DNA from: an uncultured Gammaproteobacteria bacterium
GTDB taxonomy: Bacteria; Patescibacteriota; Patescibacteriia; SG8-24
Assembly (NCBI GenBank): GCA_964491475.1
Contig: CAZBFO010000002.1
Location: 16,501 to 80,500 of the forward strand
Length of the DNA: 64,000 bases
Reading direction: 5' to 3'
Shown one piece after another: positions 8,217 to 17,636 of the stretch (the first letter of the stretch is position 1; each line of letters opens with the position of its first letter). A program made the position numbers and the translations under genes. A model generated the notes under the pieces. The model was not told the DNA's origin. It worked only from the letters and a program-made list of their open reading frames with translations, and did no database searches.

Positions 8217-11200
8217 ATGGCCAAATTTCACCTTCCGACAATCGAAGAGGAGCAACTCGCCAAATGGGACGAACGCAAGGTCCTGAAGCAGGTTTTTGAG
8301 CGCAGCAAGGACGGCTCGCGAAAGCCGTTCGTCTTTTTTGAAGGTCCGCCGACCGCCAACGGCAAGCCGGGCATTCACCACCTGCTCGCCCGATCCTTCA
8401 AGGACGTGCTGTTGCGGTTCAAGACCATGCAGGGCTATCGCATCGACCGCAAAGCCGGCTGGGACACGCACGGCCTGCCCGTCGAGTTGGAAGTCGAGAA
8501 GCAGTTGGGTTTCACCAAGAAGCAGGACATCGAGCAGTTCGGCATCTCTGCTTTCAATGCCAAGTGCCGCGAGTCCGTTTGGAAGTACCTGGACCTGTGG
8601 CAGAAGAGCACGCGCCGCGTGGCTTTTTGGGTGGACATGGAAAACCCGTACATCACTTATAAGAACGATTTCGTGGAGTCGCTCTGGTCGATTTTTAAGG
8701 AAATCGACAAGAAACGCCTGCTTTATAAGGGGTATCGCGTGACGCCGCACTGCCCGCGGTGCGTGACTTCGCTGTCTTCGCATGAGTTGGCGCAGGGGTA
8801 TAAGAATACGGAGGATCCGAGCGTGTTTGTGAAATTCCCGGCGGCCGGTCGCAAGAACACTTTCTATCTCGTTTGGACCACCACTCCCTGGACGCTGTCC
8901 GCAAACGTCGCCCTGGCAGTCGGTCCGAAGGTCGTCTACGTCGAGGCAAAGATGAAAGAGACGGGCGAAGTGCTGATTCTCGCCGAAGAACGTCTTTCGG
9001 TCCTAGACGGAGCATTCGACATCGTGAAGAAAGGTTCTTGGGAAAGTGACTTGTTTTCTGGCACGCTGACTGACGATTTCGGTCGTGGTTATGAGCCACT
9101 CTACGGTCAGGCTATGCCCGAAAACGAACAATATAAAAATCACGCCTACAGGATTTACCCTGCCGATTTCGTGTCAACGGGTGACGGTACGGGCATCGTG
9201 CACATCGCGCCAGCCTTCGGTGAAGACGACGCCACTCTTGGCAGGAAAGCCTCGTTGCCCACGCTGCTCACCGTCGACACCACGGGCATGGTGACTTCCG
9301 ACTCGCCGGGCAAGGGAAAATTCTTCAAGAAGGCTGACGAAGAAGTGAAGGCCGACCTCACTGCACGCGGCCTCCTTTACAAGAGCGGCACCATCGTTCA
9401 CTCCTACCCGTTCTGCTGGCGCTGCGACACGCCGGTGCTGTACTACGCCAAGTCTTCGTGGTACGTGCGGATGTCGTCGCTGCGCGATCAGCTCATCGCC
9501 AACAACAACCAGATCAACTGGGTGCCGTCGCACATCAAGGACGGGCGCTTCGGCGAGTGGCTCAAGGACGTGAAGGACTGGGCGATTTCGCGCGAGCGCT
9601 ATTGGGGCACGCCGCTGCCGGTTTGGCAGTGCGAATCGTGCGAAAAGACCCGTGTTATCGGCGGTTTTGACGAGATGGATGCCGCAGCCCCGCTCAAGAA
9701 CAACTACTTTTTGCAGCGTCATGGCGAGGCTTTGTCGAACGTCGGCGAGTACATCAGCAGCATTCCCGAACTCAAACCCGATCCGCTGACGGAAAAGGGC
9801 AGGGAACAAGTCGTAGCCTCGGCCAAACTGCTCAAGGAGAAGAAAATCGATTTGATTTTTGCCTCCGACATTTTACGGACCAAGGAAACGGCGGAGATTA
9901 TCTCCAAGGAGGTCGGCGTGTCGGTGATCTATGACGACCGCCTGCATGAGTTGGCCGTCGGCGCGTTCAACGGGAAGTCGATTGCCGAGTACCACAAGGC
10001 TCACGAAGGCATGGACCGTTTTGAGCAGGCTGCTGAAGGCTGTGAGTCGCACTGGGACGTGCGCCGCCGCATGGTCGCATTCTTCAAAGATATCGATGCC
10101 AAGTACCGTGGAAAGAATATCGTCATAGTCAGCCACGGCGACCCGCTGTGGCTGCTGCAGACCGCCTTCAAGGAGCTCACCAAGCAGGAAGTCCGCGACT
10201 GGCCGCACTACAACCACACCGGCCAGTTCGTGGAGATGACCTCGCCGCGCAACTTACCGTACGACACGCTCGGCATGGTCGACGTGCACCGCCCGTTCAT
10301 CGACGACGTGCAGATCGTTTGCGAGTGCTCCGGGACGATGCGCCGCGTCCCCGACGTCGCCGACGTCTGGTTCGACTCGGGCGCCATGCCCTACGCCCAG
10401 TGGCACTACCCGTTCGAGAACGCCGACCGCATCGACAGCGGCGCGAATTTTCCTGCGGATTACATCTCCGAAGCTATCGACCAGACGCGCGGCTGGTTCT
10501 ACACCCTGCTCGCAGTTTCGACGTTGCTCGGAAAGACCACGCCTCCTTATAAGAACGTCATCTGCCTCGGTCACGTTTTGGACGGCAAGGGAAAGAAGAT
10601 GTCCAAGTCCAAAGGCAACGTCGTCGACCCGTTCGAGGCCATGGACAAGTACGGCGCGGACGTCATCCGCTACTACCTGTTCACCGTGAACCAGCCCGGC
10701 GAAGCCAAGCGCTTCGACGAGAAGGCCGTCGACGAGGTCACCAAGAAGGTGTTCCTCATCCTCTGGAACGTGCTGACGTATTACAAGATGTATGCCGGTG
10801 AGGGCGCGGCTTTCGTTGACAAGGCGCTAGCTTCACCGAAGCACGAGCTGGATGCCTGGATTCTCTCGGAGACCTCGCGTTTGGTCGCTTCGGTGACCGC
10901 GCAGATGGAGGCGTACGACGTGACTGGCGCATGCCGTGAACTCGGCGCTTTCGTGAACGACCTCTCCACTTGGTACGTCCGTCGCAGCCGCGACCGCTTC
11001 AAAGCCGGCGGTGCGGAGGCTGCCGAAGCCGTGGCCACGCTCGGCTACGTGCTCGGCACCTTCGCCAAACTGACCGCCCCGTTCACCCCATTCTTGGCCG
11101 AGTCCCTGTACGCCGAACTCGGCGGCAAGGCTGATTCCGTCCATCTTCTCGACTGGCCGGACGCGGAAGCGGCAAAGGATCGCGCCGCTGCCACCGAAGA

Positions 11201-11693
11201 GCTTCGCAACCAAATGAAGAAGGTGCGCTCCGTCTGCTCGCTCGGTCTTGAGAAGCGCGCGGCCGCGTCCATGCCCGTGCGCCAGGCGCTGGCTTCGGCC
11301 ACCGTGCGCGGCAAGGGCGGCATGACCGACTGGATGAAGGAGATCGTCGCCGACGAACTTAACGTTCACGAGGTGCGCTCCGAGGAATCTTCCGGAGATA
11401 CGACTGTCGAAATCGACACCGTGCTCACCCCCGCGCTCAAGCGCGAGGGCGCCGCGCGCGACCTGGTCCGCAACGTCAACGACCTCCGCAAGACTTCTGG
11501 ACTGACGCTGCAGGACCGCGTGACCATCGTCTACTACACGGCTTCTGACTTCTGGAAGGAAACCGTCGCCGAACACGGTGCCGGCGTAATGGCCGACACT
11601 CTGGCCACCAAGATCGAAGAAGGCCAGCCGTACGAACCGAAATCGCTCTGGTTCGAGGACCACGAGATTCACGTTGCCATTGTGAAGCAGTAA
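8217..11693 (+). CDS. ileS: isoleucine--tRNA ligase with an inserted histidine-phosphatase-like domain
   Basis: Carries the HIGH-like motif (PGIHHLL), KMSKS (KMSKSKGN), the CP1 editing motifs (TTPWT, GTGIVHIAPAFGEDD), and the WQCESCE zinc knuckle. About 190 aa including FLQRHGEA...SHGDPLWLL are inserted before HRPFIDD. Confidence 0.9.
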   Translation: MAKFHLPTIEEEQLAKWDERKVLKQVFERSKDGSRKPFVFFEGPPTANGKPGIHHLLARSFKDVLLRFKTMQGYRIDRKAGWDTHGLPVELEVEKQLGFTKKQDIEQFGISAFNAKCRESVWKYLDLWQKSTRRVAFWVDMENPYITYKNDFVESLWSIFKEIDKKRLLYKGYRVTPHCPRCVTSLSSHELAQGYKNTEDPSVFVKFPAAGRKNTFYLVWTTTPWTLSANVALAVGPKVVYVEAKMKETGEVLILAEERLSVLDGAFDIVKKGSWESDLFSGTLTDDFGRGYEPLYGQAMPENEQYKNHAYRIYPADFVSTGDGTGIVHIAPAFGEDDATLGRKASLPTLLTVDTTGMVTSDSPGKGKFFKKADEEVKADLTARGLLYKSGTIVHSYPFCWRCDTPVLYYAKSSWYVRMSSLRDQLIANNNQINWVPSHIKDGRFGEWLKDVKDWAISRERYWGTPLPVWQCESCEKTRVIGGFDEMDAAAPLKNNYFLQRHGEALSNVGEYISSIPELKPDPLTEKGREQVVASAKLLKEKKIDLIFASDILRTKETAEIISKEVGVSVIYDDRLHELAVGAFNGKSIAEYHKAHEGMDRFEQAAEGCESHWDVRRRMVAFFKDIDAKYRGKNIVIVSHGDPLWLLQTAFKELTKQEVRDWPHYNHTGQFVEMTSPRNLPYDTLGMVDVHRPFIDDVQIVCECSGTMRRVPDVADVWFDSGAMPYAQWHYPFENADRIDSGANFPADYISEAIDQTRGWFYTLLAVSTLLGKTTPPYKNVICLGHVLDGKGKKMSKSKGNVVDPFEAMDKYGADVIRYYLFTVNQPGEAKRFDEKAVDEVTKKVFLILWNVLTYYKMYAGEGAAFVDKALASPKHELDAWILSETSRLVASVTAQMEAYDVTGACRELGAFVNDLSTWYVRRSRDRFKAGGAEAAEAVATLGYVLGTFAKLTAPFTPFLAESLYAELGGKADSVHLLDWPDAEAAKDRAAATEELRNQMKKVRSVCSLGLEKRAAASMPVRQALASATVRGKGGMTDWMKEIVADELNVHEVRSEESSGDTTVEIDTVLTPALKREGAARDLVRNVNDLRKTSGLTLQDRVTIVYYTASDFWKETVAEHGAGVMADTLATKIEEGQPYEPKSLWFEDHEIHVAIVKQ

Positions 11694-11711
11694 GCGATAC
11701 ACTGACGGCAT

Positions 11712-12257
11712 ATGATCATCACCCTCTCCGGCACGGTCACTTACAGGGATGGGCACTATGCCGTCATCGAGAACCAGGGTTTGGGATACCAGGTGTTCAT
11801 GCCTCCCACCGCTTTGACCACGCTGACCGTCGGCAACCAGGTGAAGGTCTGGATTCACGACAACGTCAAAGAGGACGCGCACGACCTGTACGGTTTTTTG
11901 GCACAAGGCGACTACCGCCTGTTCCTCAAGCTCATCGGCGTTTCCGGCGTGGGTCCGAAGTCCGCGATGAACATGCTGGCGCTCGGTCCGTCCAAGGACA
12001 TCGAGGCCAACATCGAACGTGCAGACGTGGATTGGCTCACGCGCGTGCCAGGCATCGGCAAGAAAACGGCCCAGAAGATCGTCTTGGAACTCAAGGGCAA
12101 GCTGGCGCTGGGCGAAGGCGGGGGAGAGGACGACGTCGTCACCGCCCTCGTCAATCTCGGCTACGATCGCGAATCGGCCCGCGAGGCGCTGGTCGGCGCG
12201 AACGGCGCGACGGTCGAAGACAAGCTGCGCCAGGCCCTGCGCTCCCTCGGAAGGTAA
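11712..12257 (+). CDS. ruvA: Holliday junction branch-migration protein RuvA
   Basis: RuvA domains I-III pattern (..LIGVSGVGPKSAMNML.., C-terminal ..LVNLGY..). Confidence 0.85.
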   Translation: MIITLSGTVTYRDGHYAVIENQGLGYQVFMPPTALTTLTVGNQVKVWIHDNVKEDAHDLYGFLAQGDYRLFLKLIGVSGVGPKSAMNMLALGPSKDIEANIERADVDWLTRVPGIGKKTAQKIVLELKGKLALGEGGGEDDVVTALVNLGYDRESAREALVGANGATVEDKLRQALRSLGR

Positions 12258-12290
12258 GCGCGGCAGACGACCACGCATTCCCGCATTCAG

Positions 12291-13361
12291 ATGCTCACGC
12301 ACGTCACCAGAAACGAGCAGCAATGGGACGCTTTCGTGCAGGCGCACGGGGGCGGCTTTTTGCAATCGTGGGGCTGGTCGCAGTTTCAGGAGGCCATCGG
12401 CAGGCACGCGCTCCGTTTCCGCGTGAACGGCGGTGCCACCGAGCAGGACGCGGGCGACACTTTGGCCCAGTTCGTGCTGATCGAGATGCCGTTGCCGTTC
12501 GGATTTCGTTATGCCTACGTGCCGCGCGGCCCCATTGTGAAGCTGACGGACAGCAGCAAGGCGAACACCGCCAGCGTCGTCAGTTGCATCGAGGCCGTGC
12601 ATCAGAAGGTGGCCCGCGACCGGTTGGCTTTCGCCAAAGTCGAATGGCCGTGGCCGCTCGGTGCAGAAGTGGTCACCCCCAAGGCAGCGGAAAAATGGGG
12701 CTTCAAGTATGCCGGACACGTGCAGCCGCAACACACGGTCATCGCCGACTTGACCAAGTCCGAAGAACAACTCCTTGCCGCCATGCACCAGAAGACGCGC
12801 TACAACATCCGCGTGGCGGAAAAGCACGGCGTGACTTTCCGCGAGGCGCTGCGTGACGACGCTCACCTCTTTGAGCACGACGTCGAAGTCTTTTGGGGCA
12901 TGCTCGACGAGACCGCCAGCCGTGACAAGTTCAGCACGCATGAGCGCAAGTACTACCGCACCATGCTCGACGTGCTTTCGCCCAAGAAGAGCGAGGGTTT
13001 GCGCACGCGGATGTTCTTCGCCGAATACCAGGGTCGGGCCGTCGCAGCGGCGATGACCGGCGAGTTCGGCGACACCGTCACCTACTTGCATGGCGCTTCC
13101 GTGGCCGGCGATCGCAAGGTGATGGCCCCGTACCTGCTGCATTGGCACATCATGAAAGACGCCAAGGCGCGCGGTTTCGCCAAGTACGATTTTTGGGGAG
13201 TCGCCCCGTCTGACGATGCGGAGCATCCGTGGGCAGGCATCACTCGTTTCAAGACCGGTTTCGGCGGCGACCGCGTCGAATACTTGGGGGCGTGGGAGTT
13301 GCCGGGCAACCGCCTTTGGTATACCCTCTACCGGTACGCAAAACGGCTGCGGCGGCTGTAG
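12291..13361 (+). CDS. FemAB-family peptidoglycan branch aminoacyltransferase (FemX-like)
   Basis: FemAB family pattern (N-terminal ..FLQSWGWSQF.., C-terminal ..YDFWGV..). Confidence 0.65.
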   Translation: MLTHVTRNEQQWDAFVQAHGGGFLQSWGWSQFQEAIGRHALRFRVNGGATEQDAGDTLAQFVLIEMPLPFGFRYAYVPRGPIVKLTDSSKANTASVVSCIEAVHQKVARDRLAFAKVEWPWPLGAEVVTPKAAEKWGFKYAGHVQPQHTVIADLTKSEEQLLAAMHQKTRYNIRVAEKHGVTFREALRDDAHLFEHDVEVFWGMLDETASRDKFSTHERKYYRTMLDVLSPKKSEGLRTRMFFAEYQGRAVAAAMTGEFGDTVTYLHGASVAGDRKVMAPYLLHWHIMKDAKARGFAKYDFWGVAPSDDAEHPWAGITRFKTGFGGDRVEYLGAWELPGNRLWYTLYRYAKRLRRL

Positions 13362-13376
13362 GCCGCAGCGGCGCGA

Positions 13377-13451
13377 GCACCCGTAGTTCAACGGATAGAA
13401 CGCGAGCCTCCGAAGCCTGAGATCCAAGTTCGATTCTTGGCGGGTGCACCA
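13377..13451 (+). tRNA. tRNA-Arg (anticodon CCG)
   Basis: Manual cloverleaf. Acceptor GCACCCG/CGGGTGC, U8A9, D-stem GTTC/GAAC, anticodon loop CTCCGAA, T-arm CCAAG-TTCGATT-CTTGG, discriminator A and encoded CCA. There is one A-C mismatch in the anticodon stem. Confidence 0.75.
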
Positions 13452-13455
13452 CGTA

Positions 13456-13481
13456 AAAACACCAGCAAAACTGGTGTTTTT
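13456..13481 (+). terminator. intrinsic terminator after the tRNA
   Basis: AACACCAG-CAAAA-CTGGTGTT followed by TTTT. Confidence 0.7.
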
Positions 13482-13569
13482 ACGTGCCTGAAGCTGCCAG
13501 GAAAAGAAAACCTTTTGCAAACGGTGTCCGCAGAGTATACTCGTCATATCATTCAAACTCACAGAAGAT

Positions 13570-14124
13570 ATGCGTGGTGAATTTAGTCCTTCCCCCGAAC
13601 AGATGGGTCTTCCCAAGGAGGCAGACAAGGCGGAAAAAACGGAATCTGCGTCAGAGAAGGAGAGCGACGCGGTTACGGCATCGCAGGAACGGGTCGCCAG
13701 CGTCGGTAGTCAGCTCCATGAAATATGGCGTGGGCCGCGGTGGCGGGAAGAAACGAAGGATTACGAGCCCAGAATAAAGAAAACGAAAGATCAGGCATGG
13801 TCCGAGTCTCATGGAGGAGCGACAGAGGTCGACATCGCAAATACCGCGTACGAGGAACTGCCTAGCGACTGGCAGGGCGAAAACAAGATTTCGGCCGAAG
13901 TCGCCGTTAATGAAGTTGAAAGGGCGATGGAAGCCGGAGAGCAGCTTGACGAGGCCTTCGTTGAGGCAGCCAGTTCAGTGCTCCATGACCGATGGCTGGA
14001 GAGGAACGGCAGTTGGGCTTCGCCGGAACAGAAGGTGCCTTATCAGCAGCTTTCGGAGGAAGAAAAGGAAAAAGACAGGGTTATCATACGAAAGGCGATT
14101 GAGGCCTGTAAGAAAAAGGAATAA
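13570..14124 (+). CDS. RyR-domain-like repeat protein (hypothetical)
   Basis: Two segments resemble the RyR domain consensus (LHEIWRGPRW...YEELPSDWQGENK and VLHDRWLERNGSW...PYQQLSEEEKEKDR). Assigned from memory of the family consensus. Confidence 0.45.
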   Translation: MRGEFSPSPEQMGLPKEADKAEKTESASEKESDAVTASQERVASVGSQLHEIWRGPRWREETKDYEPRIKKTKDQAWSESHGGATEVDIANTAYEELPSDWQGENKISAEVAVNEVERAMEAGEQLDEAFVEAASSVLHDRWLERNGSWASPEQKVPYQQLSEEEKEKDRVIIRKAIEACKKKE

Positions 14125-14233
14125 GGATTTGTTTTCGTCACAAAAGGCCGCGTGAAAGCATGCGGCCTTTTGTGACATCGGCCCTTCTGTCTTGGAGCTT
14201 GGCGTAAACTGCCGCAACGTCTAGTCTTAGGAT

Positions 14234-15364
14234 ATGTCTAAACTTCTGCCACGTGCCATCGTGCTCGACCTCGTGCACCCGAGCGTCCCCAAGGAAGACG
14301 CAGCCAGTCGGCTTAACGAAGCCGCCGGTTTGGTGACCACTTACGGCGGCGTCATCGTGGTGCATACCTTGCAGCGCCGCACGGTCCCTCACTATAAGAC
14401 CTTCATTGGGGCCGGGCAGACGCTCGCCGACATGGTCAAAAAGCATAAGGCCCAGGTGGTCATCGTCAACGAGAACATCAAGCCTCGGCAGATTTTCGAG
14501 ATCGAGAATTCGATTCGGCCGCTGCTTTCCAAGACAGAGATGCCGCAGGTGTGGGACCGCATCGACCTCATCCTCAAGATTTTCGCCAAGCACGCCAAGA
14601 CGGCCGAGGCCAAGTTGCAGATCACCCTGGCGAGCATCAGCCACATGGGCCCGCGCATTTTCCGCATGGGCATGGACCTGTCGCAGCAGGGCGGCGGCAT
14701 CGGCACGCGCGGTGCCGGCGAGACCAACACCGAGATGATGAAGCGGCATCTCGCCGCGCACGAGAAGACGGTCAAAGAGAAGCTGGATCATTACTCGCGC
14801 GTGCGCCAGACGCATCGTCAGGCGCGGCAGCGCAGCGGTTTGAAAACGGTGTCGGTAGTGGGCTACACCAATGCCGGTAAGTCCTCGCTGGTGAACGCGC
14901 TTACGCGCAAGGGCTCCTATGTGGCCGACGCGCTCTTTGCCACGCTCGACACCAGCGTCGGCAAGATTTACGTTCCCGGTTCCAACAAAGTAGTCCTGAT
15001 TTCCGACACCATCGGTTTCATCCAAGACCTTCCACCACAGCTGATTTCGGCCTTCCGATCTACGCTGGAAGAGACGGTGCAGGCGGATTTGTTGCTGCAC
15101 GTGGCAGATGAGGGCGACCCGCGTCTCGAAGAGAAGATCGCGGTCGTCGACGATATCCTGAAACAGCTGGGCGCAGACGATATTCCGCGCTGGCTGGTGC
15201 GGAACAAGGCTGACACGGTCGATCCGCGGCGCAAGAAGGGCAAGCTTCCCGCCGCAGAGGGCCGTATTCCAGAATTTCGCGTCTCGTCCAAGACTGGCGA
15301 CGGCATTAAGGACTTGAAGGAGGCCGTCGTTGCAAAGCTGGGCGAGGTGCCTGAAGCATCTTGA
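14234..15364 (+). CDS. hflX: GTPase HflX
   Basis: HflX N-domain followed by G-domain motifs (GYTNAGKSSL, DTIGF, NKAD). Confidence 0.85.
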   Translation: MSKLLPRAIVLDLVHPSVPKEDAASRLNEAAGLVTTYGGVIVVHTLQRRTVPHYKTFIGAGQTLADMVKKHKAQVVIVNENIKPRQIFEIENSIRPLLSKTEMPQVWDRIDLILKIFAKHAKTAEAKLQITLASISHMGPRIFRMGMDLSQQGGGIGTRGAGETNTEMMKRHLAAHEKTVKEKLDHYSRVRQTHRQARQRSGLKTVSVVGYTNAGKSSLVNALTRKGSYVADALFATLDTSVGKIYVPGSNKVVLISDTIGFIQDLPPQLISAFRSTLEETVQADLLLHVADEGDPRLEEKIAVVDDILKQLGADDIPRWLVRNKADTVDPRRKKGKLPAAEGRIPEFRVSSKTGDGIKDLKEAVVAKLGEVPEAS

Positions 15365-15389
15365 CAAAAGGCCGATTTTGTGCTATATT
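15361..15389 (+). promoter_or_regulatory. sigma70-type promoter (TTGACA-17-TATATT)
   Basis: Perfect -35 overlapping the hflX stop. 17-nt spacer. -10 TATATT. Lies upstream of the small CDS at 15444. Confidence 0.5.
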
Positions 15390-15443
15390 GAGGCTAGTTT
15401 GTTCCTGAAATGCATTGTACATCCCACGAATGAGGAGTCACAC

Positions 15444-15650
15444 ATGACCAAGATCGTTCGCGATTTCGCCCTCCAGATCGAGCTCGGCGGTGGATGCTGC
15501 AATGGTTCCGTGGGGATTCGCGTGACCGTCGACGAGCTCGGCAAGGTCACCGTCGAACCCAACTACGGGTGCAACGAGCATCCGGATCACCACTTCGACA
15601 AGGGGCACGGTGCCGAAATCACGGCATGCACCCCGATTCGTCCGACTTAA
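15444..15650 (+). CDS. small Cys/His-containing hypothetical protein (68 aa)
   Basis: GAGGAG RBS. Sequence contains GGGCCNGS...YGCNEHPDHHF...ACTP. Followed by a strong bidirectional terminator. Confidence 0.5.
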   Translation: MTKIVRDFALQIELGGGCCNGSVGIRVTVDELGKVTVEPNYGCNEHPDHHFDKGHGAEITACTPIRPT

Positions 15651-15653
15651 AAG

Positions 15654-15700
15654 AAAAACCGCCTGGCAACTTTGCCAGGCGGTCTTCTTTTTCTTCTTCA
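15654..15700. terminator. bidirectional intrinsic terminator between convergent genes
   Basis: CCGCCTGGCA-AACTT-TGCCAGGCGG flanked by an A-tract and a T-rich tract. Confidence 0.7.
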
Positions 15701-15716
15701 GGCGTTCAGGCGTTTT

Positions 15717-17633
15717 CTACTGCACCCGTCCCTTTCCTGCCGCCTGCGCGTCGTTCTCGGTGGAAGTGGACAGCGGCGATGCCGAGAGCAGCATGGGGAA
15801 GCCGTTGTTCTTGTCCGTGGCTTCGAAGATGATGCCGTCGATCACCGTGGGGAACTTGCCTCGCTGGTCTTCTCCGGGCGTGATGGCGACGTCGAAGCTC
15901 AAGTTGAGCTTCTTGACGTTGATGGGCAGCCAGTTCAGGGTCCAGACCATCTTGCTGTTGGCGGCATCGAAGCGGAGGTCGCCGGCGTCGACGTTGGATA
16001 CGCCGGTGAAGCGGACATTGGTCGGGAGCTTCGCCGTCAGCTTGAGGTCTTGCAGGTCGTGGAGCGCGTTGTCGATCTGCAGCATGACGCGGTAGGTCGT
16101 GGCTTCGTCGACCTTGGGGGGAAGGGGGCCGCTGCCGACCGGAATGCCGTCGGCGTTGAAGTAGCGGAGCTCGGCGGAAAGCGCCGTGTCGCTGACGGCC
16201 TTGGCGACGACTGGGGCCGACTTGGCCACGCGGCCGGCGGTCGTCTCGTCGATCGTGCCGATGGCCGCCTGGACCGAAGCCGAAACTTGGAAGTTGCCGT
16301 CTTTCACCCCGGGGACCGGCCCGGCGGCGAAGGGAATCTCGAAGTCGAGCGTTCCTTGGTCGCCGGGATTCACTCGGCCGAGCGAAGGGATCTGTTTCTT
16401 GGTCCAAGTGATTTGGTTGCCGGAGCGGATGCCGCCGGCCTTGTCGACCAGCTGCTTCCATTGGAGCAGGCCGTCGGCTGGCGCGGAGTCCAGCATCGTC
16501 GAGAGCTGCACGTCGCCGAGCACGGCCGAGCCGGTGTTCTTATAGGTGATGGCGTAGCGGAGCGTGTCGCCGAACCGCACCGGCTGGTCTTGGCTCTTGC
16601 CGTTGAGGATGAGCGCGGTGACCAGGTCGCCCTTGATGACGTCGGTCGAAAAGGCGCCTTCCTTCTGCAGCTGAAAGGCCTCGTCGGCGTCCAGGAATCC
16701 GATGCTTCCCTTGATGTCGAGCTTGCCTTCCGCGTCGGAGGCGAACGAGCCGTCGACGGTTATCTTGCCGGCGTCGCCTGCCTTGAGCTTGGCGACGTCC
16801 CACACCTTGAGGTCGGTGTCAGCCGACGGCGGCGTGGCCTTTTCGGGGATGAAGTTCGCCGGGTAGTCAGCGTGGACCTTCAGGTGCTCGAAGTCGGAGG
16901 CGGCGTTGTTCTTGTAGGCGAAGGTCAGCGTGACCTTGTCGCCCGGAAGCACTTTCGGCGGACCGTTCACCTGCATGTCGAGCACCGAATCGGTGACGGT
17001 CATTCCCTTGGTGGTCACCTTTTGGAACTCGGAATTGAAGTCGGCCGGCCGGTAGGTGAGGATGGCCTGCAGCGTCATCTCCTTGCGCATCGGGGCGAGC
17101 ACTACGCCCTTCACGGTGATCAGGCCGTCCTTGCCGGGTGCGACCGATCCGATCTTCCAGGAATCGTTGTCACCGGCAGGGTCGGCCGAAAGCATCTTGA
17201 ATTCCTTCGGCAGGCGGAATTCCATCGAGGCCGTGCCGAGGGCGACGCGGGCGTCGTTCCTGTAATGGATGGCGTAAGTCACCGTGTCGCCGCTCTTCAC
17301 CTCGCCCGGACCTTCGACGTCCACCGTCACGCCCTCGCCGCCGAACTTGGTCGCCGCAGGGGAGAAGAAGAACACGCCAGCCCAGGACACCGCCGCCAGT
17401 ACGGCGAAGAACACCGTCAGTCCCACCAGGAACTTCTTGAATGCCGAGTGCCGTACTTGCACCAGCCTGGTCATGTCGGGCTTGGCCTCGTCGGTCGAAT
17501 CGTAGATGCTGTGCAGCTCCGCCTCCACTTCGCGCTCGTGCTCGGCGTTGTCGGGTTGCGGGATTCTCCGGTCATCGGGCAGGCCCGAGGGCTGATTTTT
17601 TTTGGGAGGGGTTCGTGGCGGCATAGAGTGCAA
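15717..17633 (-). CDS. membrane-anchored surface protein with tandem DUF11/CARDB-like repeat domains
   Basis: N-terminal TM helix (LVGLTVFFAVLAAVSWAGVFFF). Repeated segments of about 100 aa match (..GDxVTYxIxYxN.G....V.L...L...). Confidence 0.5.
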   Translation of the reverse strand: MHSMPPRTPPKKNQPSGLPDDRRIPQPDNAEHEREVEAELHSIYDSTDEAKPDMTRLVQVRHSAFKKFLVGLTVFFAVLAAVSWAGVFFFSPAATKFGGEGVTVDVEGPGEVKSGDTVTYAIHYRNDARVALGTASMEFRLPKEFKMLSADPAGDNDSWKIGSVAPGKDGLITVKGVVLAPMRKEMTLQAILTYRPADFNSEFQKVTTKGMTVTDSVLDMQVNGPPKVLPGDKVTLTFAYKNNAASDFEHLKVHADYPANFIPEKATPPSADTDLKVWDVAKLKAGDAGKITVDGSFASDAEGKLDIKGSIGFLDADEAFQLQKEGAFSTDVIKGDLVTALILNGKSQDQPVRFGDTLRYAITYKNTGSAVLGDVQLSTMLDSAPADGLLQWKQLVDKAGGIRSGNQITWTKKQIPSLGRVNPGDQGTLDFEIPFAAGPVPGVKDGNFQVSASVQAAIGTIDETTAGRVAKSAPVVAKAVSDTALSAELRYFNADGIPVGSGPLPPKVDEATTYRVMLQIDNALHDLQDLKLTAKLPTNVRFTGVSNVDAGDLRFDAANSKMVWTLNWLPINVKKLNLSFDVAITPGEDQRGKFPTVIDGIIFEATDKNNGFPMLLSASPLSTSTENDAQAAGKGRVQ

Positions 17634-17636
17634 GCA

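Noticed and set aside
10833-13628. 931-aa minus-strand ORF spanning ileS 3' end, ruvA, the FemAB gene and the tRNA
   Set aside because: It is antisense to three well-supported genes and a tRNA, and has R/G-rich composition. It is a GC-driven spurious ORF.
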